A stretch of DNA of 64,000 bases. Origin: the human T2T-CHM13v2.0 reference genome, Homo sapiens. The DNA is taken from assembly GCF_009914755.1 (NCBI RefSeq), contig NC_060925.1. One strand, 5' to 3'. Numbering within the stretch: the stretch's first letter is position 1; each line of letters starts with the position of its first letter. A program made the position numbers and the translations under genes. Below, in pieces: positions 1 to 14,419 of the stretch. Under the pieces are notes generated by a model. The model saw only the letters and a program-made list of their open reading frames with translations. It searched no databases and was not told where the DNA came from.

Positions 1-199
1 TAACAAGGAATATTTAATTCAGCAGATATTTATTGTTACTGGATTTAAGTCCTATAATGTTCATCCGACTTGTTATTCCAAGCTTAAGATGGTACTTAGC
101 ACTTGGCATGTATTCAGTAAATATTTGCTGAACAGATAAATACATGAAGACCCACTTCATGCCAAGAATAGTGCAAAATACCCACAAACATAGAGGCAG

Positions 200-640
200 A
201 GAAAAATAAGTTTGTGCCCTAAAAATGCTCACAGTCATCATATACATGCGTGTGTATTTATTTTCAAATCACTATGTTACATGGTAATAGAGTTGCATGC
301 AGAGCACAAGAGGTACTTCTGAATCTTCACAGAAGAGACATTGACATTCTCAGAGAATGGGTGGCGTCTAGGAGGATGAATAGGAGCTCATGCCAGGAAG
401 ATAGGGAAGTGGAGGAAGGAGTTCCAGACAGAGGGTGTTACATATGCATAGGCACTGGCATTTGAAAGTTTATGGATTTGGGGGATAACTATCAAATGTG
501 TAGGATGTATATGGGTAAAGGAAAGGAGAAAGATGAGACTGGAGATGTAGACCATTGGGGACCATTTCTTAAAGGGCCTTTTCTGTCATACTAAGGAGCT
601 GGAGTCATTCTGAAGGCCTGAGGTACACTGAGGAATTATG
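200..640 (-). mobile_element. Ancient L2 fragment
   Basis: Degenerate L2-like purine-rich text (gttccagacagaggg...aggcactggc...taaggagctggagtcattctgaagg); boundaries approximate. Confidence 0.5.
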
Positions 641-2709
641 AAGAAAAGAGGTTATATAGGAGGTATACTCAGGAAGTTTCCAGAAAGAGTGAGGCTGAGA
701 AGGCCCAGCTTCCAACACACGAGAGACATACTTACACTTCCTAGGAAGGCCCCTAGAGAAGAGAATTACAAAGATTCATTTGCTGGCTTCTCTTTCATCA
801 TTTGTTTTTATCATTTGGAGCCTGGATACTCCAATACCTATATGGAAAACTTTGCCCTTTCCTTCCCCAAGGTACAGCTGTTAAGAGAGTGCATGAAAAT
901 TTCCCACTACCAAATGCCATGGGTGGTTATGAGAAGCACCTCTTGTTAACAGTTAAAAAGTAAAATACATTTTGGACTTTCAGCTTTTCATTTCCTACCT
1001 ATGGGACATGGAAGAATGTTCATTGGTGTATATAAACTTGAGTTTCTTAATGTGAAAAATAAGGATAAAAGTTTTTAAGTATATATATATGCGTTTAATC
1101 AGTCTGTTGAATTAAGTCAGTAGGTGTTGAAAGACAGGATTTGTTTTTTTTCCCTTAAGTCTGCTTTTATCTTACCTTTGCAAATAAGAAGTTTTGTATC
1201 CAAACATATTATTCTTCCAAAAATTTTAAGGATAAAGATGTACTTTTAAAAGAAGCTATAACTTAGCATTTTCTTTTGGTTAAATATAATTATTCTAAAA
1301 ATGGCATATCTCTACATTATGTTTGCTTGGTAAAACTGAATATTACTCGCCTGTTTCCACAGTATGACATAAGTGGAAATAAGACAATTATAGAACATCT
1401 TCATAACAAAGTTACCATATAAAGCTTATATGAGTGGATGGCTTAATTAGATTGTTTTTAAAGTTTCAGGTAGTTCAGTTTCTTTTTTCCTGGTTTTTAC
1501 TTTCTGTTTGACCTTCAGAGAAACTAACTGTATTTACCTCAAACATTTCTTATCCACATGTCTTCAATATATAATCATAATATTTGGTACATCTGAAGTG
1601 CCTGACATCTGACGCTTCTGAATTGCTTCATAAATGTGGATTTAGGCCTTGGGGGCCAGATGGCAAAAGTCAACAGAATAAAAGTATTTATTAGGTATTC
1701 ATGATTGTACTGGGTGCTGTACTGGATAACAAAATTGAGAAAGAAAGTATTTTCTATGATTTCAGGTATCCTACAATTTAGCTAGGCAGTCCAAACACAA
1801 ATACATTTTTGAAGAGGAATAAAAGTAGTGCGCATGGAAGTGTTTGGCATCGCCTTGATGATAGATCTAACATTACCAAAGAAATGTTGTCTCAGAGCTG
1901 GACTCTCGCAGACCGTTGTGTTCTCTTAGACAAATGGAAGCTTTCCAGCTAAAACTGGCTTAATTCATTACTATTTACTTGGTAGCCAAAATAACTTACT
2001 GCCTTATTTTGTGTTGGATTTGAAATTCAAAAAAAAGTAAACAAAACAAAATAAAAACAAATTTGAGTTTCTTGTAATTTATTTTATTATAGGGAGTTTT
2101 GTTCCAAGACTGTTTAGTGACCAAAACCAAAAAGGCTGCTGTCTTTAATATGTAGTTTATTCTCCCCACAAACACATTACTTGAACAGCAACTAAAAAAA
2201 GAGATAAAAAGAAGTGGGGAGGATATACTAGGCATTCTCTTCTTCTTGGCTCAAAGCTTAGAGGTTGTGACCAGCTGGACAGCTTTCCAGAAATCATAAG
2301 CAGATACTGGGCCAATTGTTTTTATTACAGAATTATGGAGGAATTCTGAGGTGTAAATGATTTGTAAAGCAGCTCTATTTAGGAGTAGTTTTGCGGAGGT
2401 TTGGATCAATTCAGTGGGTTGTAGTTTGACATATGAAGTGATAACTGTATGCCTAGACAGTCCCAGCTGCTGCATTTGCAACTACAGTGAAGAGTTCTGC
2501 CCACCCCCATCTGTCTAAGGGGCATCTCCACCTGTCATTTCTGTACTCTGGCCTCTATGACATGATAAATTGCTTTTAATTAGAATTGCAGACAATTTTT
2601 CATTCTCTGGATAATGTCCCAGCGTACAACATAACATCCAACATAACTTTGGCAGTTCAGAAGTGAGCTTAAACAACATGCAGTACTTCTCTCCACAGTT
2701 ATAAATAAT

Positions 2710-3780
2710 TGTAAATAATTTGTTGAGAAATATACACTCATTGCAATATAAACATGAAATGCCTTTATTTTTCCAATCTAAATTTTTAGCCCTGCTCTGT
2801 GGATCATTTTCTAGCATCCTTTAACAAAATCTTGGCTAGCTTCTATAGCTTCCTAGCCACTTCTCAGTTATTAAGACTTAGTCTAGCCCAGTTTAGAACT
2901 TCAGTCTCGTGTGAGTCAAAGCTCCCTCTCTCTACAGCATGGGCTGGAGTTGTAACCCTAACTTTATTGTAGGGGTGAGATATGGTCTGGCTCTGAGATA
3001 CCGTCAATGTTTTACTCTTTGAGATGAATAAGCTCTTCTGGTTTAAGGAAATGTGGGCGGAATGAAGGAATAGGGAAGCAGAGCTCTTGGTATAGCTGGT
3101 CTCATATTGATGATGCTGTACAGTGCTCCTGCTGTCACTGTATTCCATCCAGTTCTGGTCTCTGTCCATGTAGAGCGATATCCACCTAAGTGCTGTGCAT
3201 GGTCCTCGGGGTGTCAGCTTTACCCCTGCACCCTTTATCTTTAATGACTCTTTCAGATTGAGGAAGTCAGATTTTTCTTAAGTTCTGCATCTCCTTTCTC
3301 CGGATGGGTGTCTCATTACAGGAAACCATGAGAACTCCTCCAACTTTTTCTCCAGTCCCTATGCAGGGGCTTAGAGAATAGGGAAGTAAATTACCATCTT
3401 GTTCTTCAAAGCCACACTGTATCTTAGTATCTTTAAGCTGTGCCTGGCTGGCCGCCTCCTCCGTGGGCTTTTCCTCTTCAGAAATCAATTTTTCAGAAGA
3501 GGGTCCCAATCCCTGTGTTCACATATCTTTCAAACTTCAGGTGTTATGGTCTAAGTTCTTACTAATCTTGTTTGACTCCATGACAGCACTAGGTAGGCCT
3601 ACAGGTTGTTTCCACCCAGGAAGCATCCAATCAGGGTGGATGTCACGACCTTCCAGTCTCTATCAATGGGTCTCTAGGAGCCACTCTCCCTTAATTCCAG
3701 TGAGGAGAAAGCACAGAGAGAGGAGGGTGTGGTTTCTGTCCATGAGCTCTGCATTTCCCAACCCCTTTGGGGGCTGACAA
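2710..3780 (-). mobile_element. Ancient Gypsy-type solo LTR (MamGypLTR/LTR85-like)
   Basis: Minus strand ends ...TTAATAACTGAGAAGTGGCTAGGAAGCTATAG...CCAAGATTTTG...AATAAA...TTATTTACA, resembling recalled MamGypLTR 3' ends; 5' boundary uncertain. Confidence 0.4.
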
Positions 3781-4619
3781 CAAACTTCACTAGACTGGGT
3801 TAAGTATAGAATAAAGTATATTTTAATAGATAAACATAGGGCAAGGTTGTGGAATTCAGAGAGGCAAAAATGAACACAGTTGAGAAATCGTAGAACATGT
3901 TTGGAGACAAAGAAATAGGTCAGTTTGGTTGTGGCATAGGAGGTAATAAAAATCAAGTTTCAGTAAGAACAATTTCTGACATATTTTTAATGGCCTTGAA
4001 TGCTAGGTTGATGAGCTTTGAGTTAATTTAATTTATGAAGGGTTAAGAAGCTAAGATGCTAAGAATGTAGCTGTGAATGAAACAGAGGGGCAAATTCTTA
4101 CAAGTTTGGATATTGTTGCCTACATTGTATTTCCAAAGCTTTCTGGAGTAGTAGCAAGTGATTCTGAAAGCTCTAGAATTCTAGCTGTGTATCTAGTGTT
4201 AGTTAGAGTTACTTCATTTATAGTTATAGAGAGGAATAGTTTTCATTTCAGTTATCTGGCACAAATGGAGTGTTTTTATCATAAATTTGTATTACTAGCA
4301 ATTTCTCAGCTTTTGGCAGATAAACTTAATAAGACATACCAATCCATGATAACCTTTACTTAGAGTTACAGGGAAAAACAGTACATTCTTTGTGTATGGT
4401 AAACAACTCTTTCCTGGTATTGATTCAATGTGGGAAGAACTGTAACAACAAAGCAGCAATATGACATTAAATTCTTGTTGACCACATTATCTGTTGTAGA
4501 TTTAAAAAAACCTGTTTTCTGCTAACAGTCATAACATTTTCTAATATTGTTGGGCAATAGCATTGCTTGCTTTTGTTATGGTCACTGTTCTAGATACTGT
4601 AGTTGTCATGACAACAAAA

Positions 4620-4850
4620 TAACACTAATAATAACAACAATATATAACATGTATTGAGCTCTTACTATATGTCTTCCATTTTGTAAAACATTTTCCATGG
4701 GCTCATTTGAGCCCCACAACAACTTCATGAGGAAGGTACTGAGGGAACTGTGGCATAGGGAGGTTAAGCTTTTTGACTATGATCACATCACATGTAAAGG
4801 TGGAGCCAGGATATTGTTCAGGCAGTCTGAATTCAATTGCTGGGCTCTTC
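4620..4850 (-). mobile_element. MIR
   Basis: ctcatttgagccccacaacaac...tgaggaaggta...gaactgtggcatagggaggttaag...tggagccaggat MIR core in reverse. Confidence 0.75.
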
Positions 4851-5264
4851 AACATGACAGCTATGGCTGGGGCTGTACAGAAGTCAGGATTGACATTGTG
4901 TTATATTCAAACATATGAGCAGATTGGATGGCTGTGGCCTTCAGATCTTTATTTAATACAAGTTGATGGGGCTACCTCTTTCTCTTAGCCTCTTTCCTTG
5001 CTGAAAGTCCCTGAATCCCTTTGTGATTATAGCAGAATGGATATCTCTAAAGCGTGGTGACCTGGTGAGTTGTCATGATTTTCTGCAGTTCTCAGCAGCC
5101 TGTGAGTGGCACAACTGAAATCATTGTCCTTTCTTCATTGTCACTCCTACCTTCATGTAAGTGTTGAACACATAGAGAACTAAGAAGCAGAAGGTATTAA
5201 GGGAAAGTCCGGAAAGGTGGCAGTTCTTTAGTATACTATCATCATTTGACATCAAGCCCTGAGC

Positions 5265-5538
5265 TTGGAACATTTGGAAACTCAGCTTTATTAGTACAAT
5301 AAGAGCTCAGCAAGCTCAGGAAGATGACTTCATCCAAATTAAATGAATGGGGGAGTTAATGTATTGATTAATTTTGTGAATTCATAAATCGTAAGCAGAT
5401 GACTGGGCCAATTGTTTTTGGAACATTTGGAAACTCAGCTTTATCAGTACAATAAAAGTTGAGCAAGCTCAGCAAGATGACTTCATCCAAATTAAATGAA
5501 TGGGGGAGTTAATGTATTGATTAATTTTGTGAATTCAT
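5265..5538 (+). repeat. 121-bp direct duplication (5265-5385 and 5418-5538) with a spacer copied from 2291-2323
   Basis: The two copies differ at 5 positions; the spacer matches 2291-2323 with 1 substitution and 1 indel. Confidence 0.95.
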
Positions 5539-5573
5539 TAATTTTTTAATGAACTATGAGGTATAATTTTTAA

Positions 5574-5910
<337 letters not shown>

Positions 5911-6367
5911 CAGCTTGATAAATTTTGACATATATATGTGTCTGTGAAATGTCAACCACAATCAACATGTAGGCCTTTCTATTATCTTAAGAGTCTCTTG
6001 TGCCAACTTCTAGTCACTTCTTATGCCCTACTCTCAGCCCAAGCAAACACTGATATGCTATCACCATAGATTAATTTTTCTTTCTAAAGTTTCATATAAA
6101 TGGAATAATATATACTCTTTTGTGGCTGGCCTTTCTTATTCAACAAAATGTTTCTGAGATTCATTCATGTTGTTTCATGTACTAATAGTTCATTCATTTA
6201 TGTTGCTGACAATATGTTATTGCGTTGATATATGACAAATCATTCATCCATTTACCTTTGTTGAACATTTGAATTCTTTCCAGTTGCCAGCTATTATGAA
6301 TAAAGCTACTCTCAATATTTGTGTAATAGTCTTATTGTGGATGGAAGGAAGTTTCTATTTCTCTTGG

Positions 6368-7406
6368 TATATCAGTCAGGGTCCAATCAAGAGACAGAAA
6401 CCACACCATTTAGGAAATATTTAATTTAAAAATATTATTAAAATCACTTAATAGATAATAATTATTAATAGAATACTATTATTAGACCATTGGAGTAATG
6501 GAAAATTGGCTATTAAGAGGTAAAGAGAATTCTAGAGAACATGGGATTAGCAGAATAGAAAGAAGCAACCACTCTATTTGAGAGGGCATGCTCATGGCTC
6601 AATAGATAGTGGGGTATTTCTGTAAAATGTCTCACTAACAGGACTCCACTGGCTATTTGCCTTCAGAAGTGCAAGGGGTAAGTGTTGATGGACAGGAACT
6701 GTACTTCAGAACTCACTGGAGAGATACTCAAGGAGGGGTTGGGAAGCTGTTGAAGTGGAGGTGCCTTACTTGTCACACTCACTGGGAGGTGATTGTCTGG
6801 GTTACCAAGGAAAGCTTTTTACCCAGAGCAGGTTCACAGTGGCACTCCATAAGGATGCATCCTAAAGGGGTTTCAGGGGAAGCTGAGAACAGGGAGGTGC
6901 CAGGCTAGCAGTACTCCATTGGGAAGCATCCTGAGGAGGTGTTGAAAGAAACTGGTTAAGTAGAGTTGTCCGGCCAGTGACTTTTCTCTCTGGGTGCCAG
7001 TGTATGCCATTCAAGGGAATGTGTTTAACAGGTGGCACTGGTGGGGATCCCACTCTATGGGCCCGGGAGGAAGCTTCCCTGCCAGTGGCACTCCACTGCA
7101 AAACTACCTGAGGGAATGCCAAGGGAAGCTGGCCATGAGAACATGTCATATACTTTTAGATACTGGGCACTGCAGAAAAAGAAAAAAAACAACAACACAA
7201 CTGTGTGCATTTTGAGAGCCTGATGCAAGAAACATACTAGAACCAGAACAAGAACGCCCCTTTTCTCTATTGTCTTTTTGGAACCCTCTGTTACAAAGGG
7301 TTGTGACACCTGGCAAAGAATAAATATAGGATTCAGTTCGATTATTACAGCCAGTTATTGCAAATTGGATATGGAACTAAGAGTCAATAAATTGGTAACT
7401 GACACA
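6368..7406 (-). mobile_element. Solo LTR, LTR78-like, inserted in L1ME
   Basis: Termini tatatcagtcagggtccaatc... and ...aattggtaactgacaca; perfect 5-bp TSD CTTGG (6363-6367 / 7407-7411); L1ME text resumes across it. Confidence 0.75.
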
Positions 7407-7467
7407 CTTGGTAAATGCATAGGAGCACAGTCACTGAGTCATATGTTATGTTTGTATGTTTCTATAA

Positions 7468-7926
<459 letters not shown>

Positions 7927-10900
7927 TGAAGTTATTGTAGTGAGTTTGATGCAATATCACTTTGTGGTTTTAATTCACAGTCCTCTGATGGTGAAGGATG
8001 TGGATAGTTATTTTAGTTGGCCATTTGTGTATCTTTTTATGAGAAGTTTCTGTTCAAATCTTTTGTCCATTACAAAAGTGAATTATTGGTTTGTGTTCTT
8101 ATAGCTGAGTAAGAGTGTGTTTGTGTGTATTTGTGTGTATATGTGTGTTTGCATGTGTGTGTATATATATATATTCTAGATGTGGGTGTACCCCCAAATA
8201 TATGTTACAAAAGTTTTCCCTCAGTCTGTATCTTGCCTTTGCATTTTGTTCACAATGAGTTTCAAAGAGCAGAATTTTAAAAACTTGATAAAGTCTAACA
8301 TATTTTTAACACTTTGTGCTTTTCTTTCCTATCGAAGAAATCTTTACCTAGGTAACAAATATTTTCTTTCATGTTTTATTCTGTAAGTTTTAGTGTATTA
8401 GCTTTCACATTTAGGTCTGTGATCCATTTCAGATTAATTTTTTGTATGAAGTGAGATAATACTTGAGGTTCACATGTATGTGAATATGAGTCCTCCCCTT
8501 ACCCCAAGGGATGCTCAATTGTTCTAGCAACAATTAGCTAAAAAGTCTTTCTATTTCCCATTGAATTAGTTTAGATGCTGTCAAAAATCAATAGGCCGAA
8601 TACGCTTGATATGTTTCTGGATTCTCTAATTTGTTTCATGAACCTATGTTTTATCCTTATGCCAGTACCATATTGTCTTGATTACAGCAGCTTTATGGTA
8701 AAATTTGCCATCCAACAGTTTAAGTCCTCCCAATATGTACTTTTTCAAAACAGTTTTTGCTATTTTAGCATTTTTTTCTTTTTTTGCATTTATATACACA
8801 TTTTTTCTATATATATGTTAGAATCATATAATTAATATTTACAAAAGCATTTGCTGAGATTTTGATTTGGATTAAGTTGACTCTATAGATAAATTTAAAG
8901 AGAACTAACGTGAACAATCTTAGTCTTATGATTAATGAACATTGTATGTTTCTCTATTTATTTAGGTCTTTCTTTCCACAGTGTTTTGTAGCTTTCATTG
9001 TACAAGTACACATATAAATTGTTAAATTTATTTGTTAATCATTCGTGGTTTATGATGCTATTTTAAATGGTATTTAAACATTTATTTTCCAACTATTTGT
9101 TTCTAGTATATAGAAATAAGCTTAATTTTTAAAATATTGGGATTAAATCTTGAGTCCTTGTTAAATATAGTTATTGATTCTAAAAGGTTTCTTCTTTCTA
9201 TTTTTTTAAAGGAGGTCTGTCTTTCTTGTCTGTATGGTTTTTATCTCTTTTCTCACCTTGCTGCTCTAGTGTTGAATAGAAGTAGTGAGATTGGAGTTCT
9301 TGTTTTTGTTATCCGATATTGGGGGAAAGCATTCTATCATCATTAAGTAGGATGTTAGAAGAGTTTTTGATAGATGCTTCTTCTATTGATAGTTTTCTGA
9401 GAGTTTTAAAATATGTTTTAATCAGGAACTCTTTTTCTGCATCTACTGAGATGAATGTGTTTTAATATGTTAATGCAGTGAATTACACTGATTGATTTTT
9501 GAATATGAAATCAGCCTTACATCTCTAGGATAAATTTTTCTTGATTATGGTATATTATCCCTTTTTTGTTTAGTGCTGGATTCTATTTCCAAGAACTTTT
9601 GAAGATTTTATATCTATTTTCATGAAAGACATGGATTTGTAGTTTTATTGGTTTAATTTGTCTGGTTAGACTATCAGGGTTATGCTAACCTTGTAAAATG
9701 AAATGAGATTTTTTTCTCTCATCTCCAGGTTTCTAAAAGATTTTATGTAGGATTGGCATTATTTTTTACTTAAATATTAGATAGAATTATTCAATAAAGC
9801 AATCCGAGTTCAGAAACTTTTATGGTTCTTGTTCAGATTTGAATAAAGAATTCAATATTTAATTGACATAGGAGTATTCATAATGTTTTCAATAAACCTA
9901 CTTTATTTCCATTTATTTTTAACTCCTGTTTTTATCTTTTTTTCCTTCTATCTAGTTGAGCTTACTTTGCTCTTCTTATTCTACAACATTAATATGAAAG
10001 CTTACATTATTGATTTTGGATCTTTGCTCTTTTCTGTCTTGTTTTCTAATTTAAATCCATGTCTCTCACTGTAAACACTGCTTTAGCTGTTTATCACAGA
10101 ATTTTATATGTTTTACTTTCATTTTTATTCAGTTTAATATGTTTTCTAATCTACATTTACTTGGGGATTTCCATGTGATTTTTTTCTATTGATTTCTAGT
10201 ATAACTCTGTTGTGGTCAGATACATCTTTTGAATGATTACAGTTCTTTTAAATTAATCAAGACTTGTTTATGGTCCATGCTATTATATCTCTTGGTACAC
10301 TTTTCATATACTTGAAGACAATTTGGATTCTACTGTCATTGGGTGTACATTTTATAAATGTCAATTGGGTAAATTTATTGATAATGTTAAGAATTATTTA
10401 TACTTACAGATTGCCTATCTGCTTGTTTTTTCAATCACTGAGAGAAGAGTATTGAATTATCCAATTATAATTTTACATTTAGCTATTTTCCTTTTCAGTT
10501 CTGCCAGTTTTTGCCTCTTGTTTTTTGAAGTTCTGTTATTAGGTGCATACAAATTTATAATTTCTATGCCCTCTTGATCAGTTGACTCCATTATCATTGT
10601 GACATGCTTCTTTTTGTCCTAATTACATTCCTTGTTTCGAAGTCTACCTTATCTAATGTTAAAAACAGTATTCTTATGATTACAATTTTTGTGGTATATC
10701 TTTTTTGTCATTTCCTTATAATGTATCTATAACTTTACATTTTAAGTGGGTTTCTTGTAGACAGCATAAAGTTGGATCCTGCTCTTTATTTAAAGAAGTT
10801 TGTCAATCTCTGCATTTTAATTGGAGCATTTAAACTTTTATCTAATGTTATTATAGATATATTTCAGTTTTAATCTACCATATTTCTATTAATTTTCTAT

Positions 10901-10999
10901 TTGTCTTTCCTCTTTTATTCTTTTTGTGACTTCTTTTATTTTAGTTGTGTATTTAAAAATATTTTGTGTTATTCTTCATTATTAGCTTATGCATTATAA

Positions 11000-11299
<300 letters not shown>

Positions 11300-13663
11300 G
11301 ATTTACTTTTAAGAAGTTGTTCTAGGGAGCTTTGCTCAATCTGAGTTTGAAGGCAGAATTAAACTAATACCCTAAGGCATCTATTGTATATAATGAACTA
11401 TTTTCTTTCTTATGTGCCCAATATGGAGTTATTTATTGACCATCCTTTGGAAAATAAATAAAACAGTCACTCACATGGTTTTCTGTGCCCAGTGGTCCAC
11501 ATGAGAGCCTAGGGTTATTATAGATGATCTAAGAAAGTTGGCAATATGCTTATCATGTTTACCTTCAAATAACATTATACCTCTTCACACATAAGAACCC
11601 CAACCCACCTATACTTCTACCTGTCCTCTCCTCTCCTTTTAAAAGACTGTATGTTTTGCTTATATATATATGCAAATATATATATACATTTATTATATAC
11701 ATAATAAATGCATGTTCTTTTTTTGCTTTAAATAGTAAATTTTGTTTTAAAGAAATTAAAAATGAGAAGCAATTTATTTTATATTTCCTCATATGTTTAC
11801 AAATTTTCAAGCTCTTCATTCTTTTTTTGTGGACTCATTTTCATTGATTCTTTTCTTTCTGTTTGAAGAACTTTCTTTAACGTATCCTATAGTGCATACC
11901 CACTGGCATTAAATTCTCCCAGCCTTTTTTTTTTCTGAATGTGTTTATTTTGCTCTCATTTAAAAAATATATTCTCTAGGTATAAAATTCTAGATTGTCA
12001 GTTTTTTCTTCATCATTTTAAAGTCATGGCTCCAATGACTGCTGCACACATATTGGTGTCTCTGTAAGTAATGTATCTTATTTTTCTCTGGATGCTTTTA
12101 AGTATTTATATTTATCATTACCCTTTGGCAATTTAAATATGAAGTGTGTGATATACTTTTCTTGTATTTATTCCACTTGAGTTTGCTGAAATTCTTGCAA
12201 GTAGGTTTATACTTTTCATTAAATTTATTAAAATTTTAGCTTTTGTAAAAGTATTTTTCCATTTTCCCCATCTTTCCTCTCCTCTGGAACTCCATACCTC
12301 CTAGTTAGACCTCTTAGTTTTATGCTTCAGGTCATTGAGTTTTTGTTTATTGTTTTCCTATTTTTTCTCTCTCTGAACTCCATTTGGATATTCTTTTTTG
12401 GATATGTTTTCAAATTTACTATTTTTAAATTTTCATTTCATAGTATCTGATCTGCTCTTAATATCATCCAAAGAAATTGTTTTTCAAATATTGTTTTTTA
12501 TTGTTAGATATTTCATTTGATTATTTTCTACATTTAATTTCTCTCTCATGTGTAAATTTTCCTTAATATTAAGAAATAGTTATAATATCTGCTTTTACAT
12601 TCTTATTTAAGCAGATATTATATTATATTATATTATATTATTCTATCTTTTCTGCCATTTCAGGGTTGGTTTTTATTGACTGATATTTTCCCTGGGTAAC
12701 ATATTTTCCAGTTTCTTTTCCATTTGTAATGATATTTTATTAGATATTGGAAATTGTGAATGTTACATTGTTGAGTATCTTGATTTTGTTTTGTTCTTTT
12801 AAATTATATTGATTATTTTTCCCCAGCTGTTGGTTGGTTAACTGCAGCTTAGTTTGATCCTTTTGAAGCTTTTAAAGAAGTTTTAATAGAATGAGTCTCG
12901 AGTAGCCCTTTTTCTAGAGGTAGATTAGTCCTACTACTTGCACAGAACTTCTAGATCTTTACTGATTACTCCAAGTGGTCAGTGAGGAATCTCTGCTCCA
13001 TCAGAACTCAAATGTTTCCCATTTCTGGGTGGGCTCTAGGAATAGTTGAACTGACAGCCACCTGATTATTCCGTGTTCAATTTTGTGTCATTTCACCCCG
13101 CATAGGTATGTCTTAATATTCAGTGGATTCAAGAAGATTTCTGTAAATATTTCTGGAGCCCCCGCTTTTTCCTATAACTACCTCTTCTCTATAACTCTAC
13201 TGCATATGTTCCAGCCTCTGGAGTCTGCTTGAAATCTGATCTTTGCGTCCTTGATTTGGTGAGGACTACTGTGTTCTGCTTGGGATCTATTTTCCCTCTC
13301 TGATGTACAGAACGTGGCTCTAGGCAGAAAGCCAGGGCAAACATAAGGCTAACCTCATTTGCCTGCAGTCATAGTGATTGCAGTCCTGTATCATCTCTTT
13401 TTCTAGGTCTGAAAGTGTTTTTTTGTATCTTTTCCCAGTTTTCTTTTTGTTTACAGTGGGAGACTACATGTGGGCTCATTGTTTCATAACTAGATGCAGA
13501 AGTCTCCCAATTTATTAATTTTTGATTGAAGATAAAACTTTTTATGACCAAAATATGCCTATCTATTGTTTTAGGCACTATCTCCCTAATACCACTTGAT
13601 GGATGACATTAATAATTGAAAGATTTACTGGTGAACATGCAATCAATGTGCAAGGAGATAGAG

Positions 13664-14286
13664 TTTTTTAAATTATTTTACTTTAAGTTCTGGGATACAT
13701 GGGCAGAACGTGCAGGTTTGTTACATGAGTATACATGTGCCATGGTGGTTTGCGGCACCCATGAACCCATCATCTAGGTTTTTGTCCTAATGCTCTTCCT
13801 CTCTTGCCCCACCCCCACAACAGGCCCTGGTGTGTCATGTTCCCCTCCCTATGTCCATGTGTTCTCATTGTTCAATTCGCACTTATGAGTGAGAATATGC
13901 AGTGTTTGGTTTTCTGTTCTTGTGTTAGTTTGTGAGAATGATGGCCTCCAGCTTCATCCATGTCCCTTCAAAGGACATGAACTCATTCATTGTATGACTG
14001 CATAGTATTCCATGGTGTATATGTGCCACATTTTCTTTATCCAGTCTATCACTGGTGGGCATTTGGGTTGGTTGCAAGTCTTTGCTATTGTAAATAGTGC
14101 TGCAATAAACATATGTGTGCATGTGTCTTTATAGTAGAATGATTTATAATCCTTTGGGTATATACTCAGTAAGGGGATTGCTTGGTCAAATGGTATTTCT
14201 AGTTCTTGATCCTTGAGGAATCACCACATTGTCTTCCGCATGGTTGAACTAACTTACATTCCAACCAACAGTCAATCAAAAGCATT
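13664..14286 (-). mobile_element. 5'-truncated L1PA8-like fragment
   Basis: L1PA 3' UTR plus ORF2 C-terminal text; TSD gagatagag (13655-13663 / 14287-14295). Confidence 0.9.
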
Positions 14287-14419
14287 GAGATAGAGATTCT
14301 TAAGCGTTTGCTTGGCTTGGCCTCAGGAAAGTCTTAACACTGGCAGTCCCACAGATATACTCCTTCCTTCGAAGTAGCCCCACCTCAGTTTAATGCAACT
14401 GCCTTGTCAGTGGATAGTG

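Noticed and set aside
1364-1422. Acceptor followed by YDISGNKTIIEHLHNK
   Set aside because: No credible donor; stop follows; peptide not recognised
3267-3743. Signal-peptide-like MDRNHTLLSLCFLLTG and acidic EEEKPTEEAASQ frames
   Set aside because: Interrupted by stops, no recognisable family, probably within an ancient LTR
5265-5538. Repeat-spacer-repeat resembling a CRISPR unit with a self-derived spacer
   Set aside because: Repeats are 121 bp, only two copies, diverged, no cas genes, primate DNA; explained by template switching
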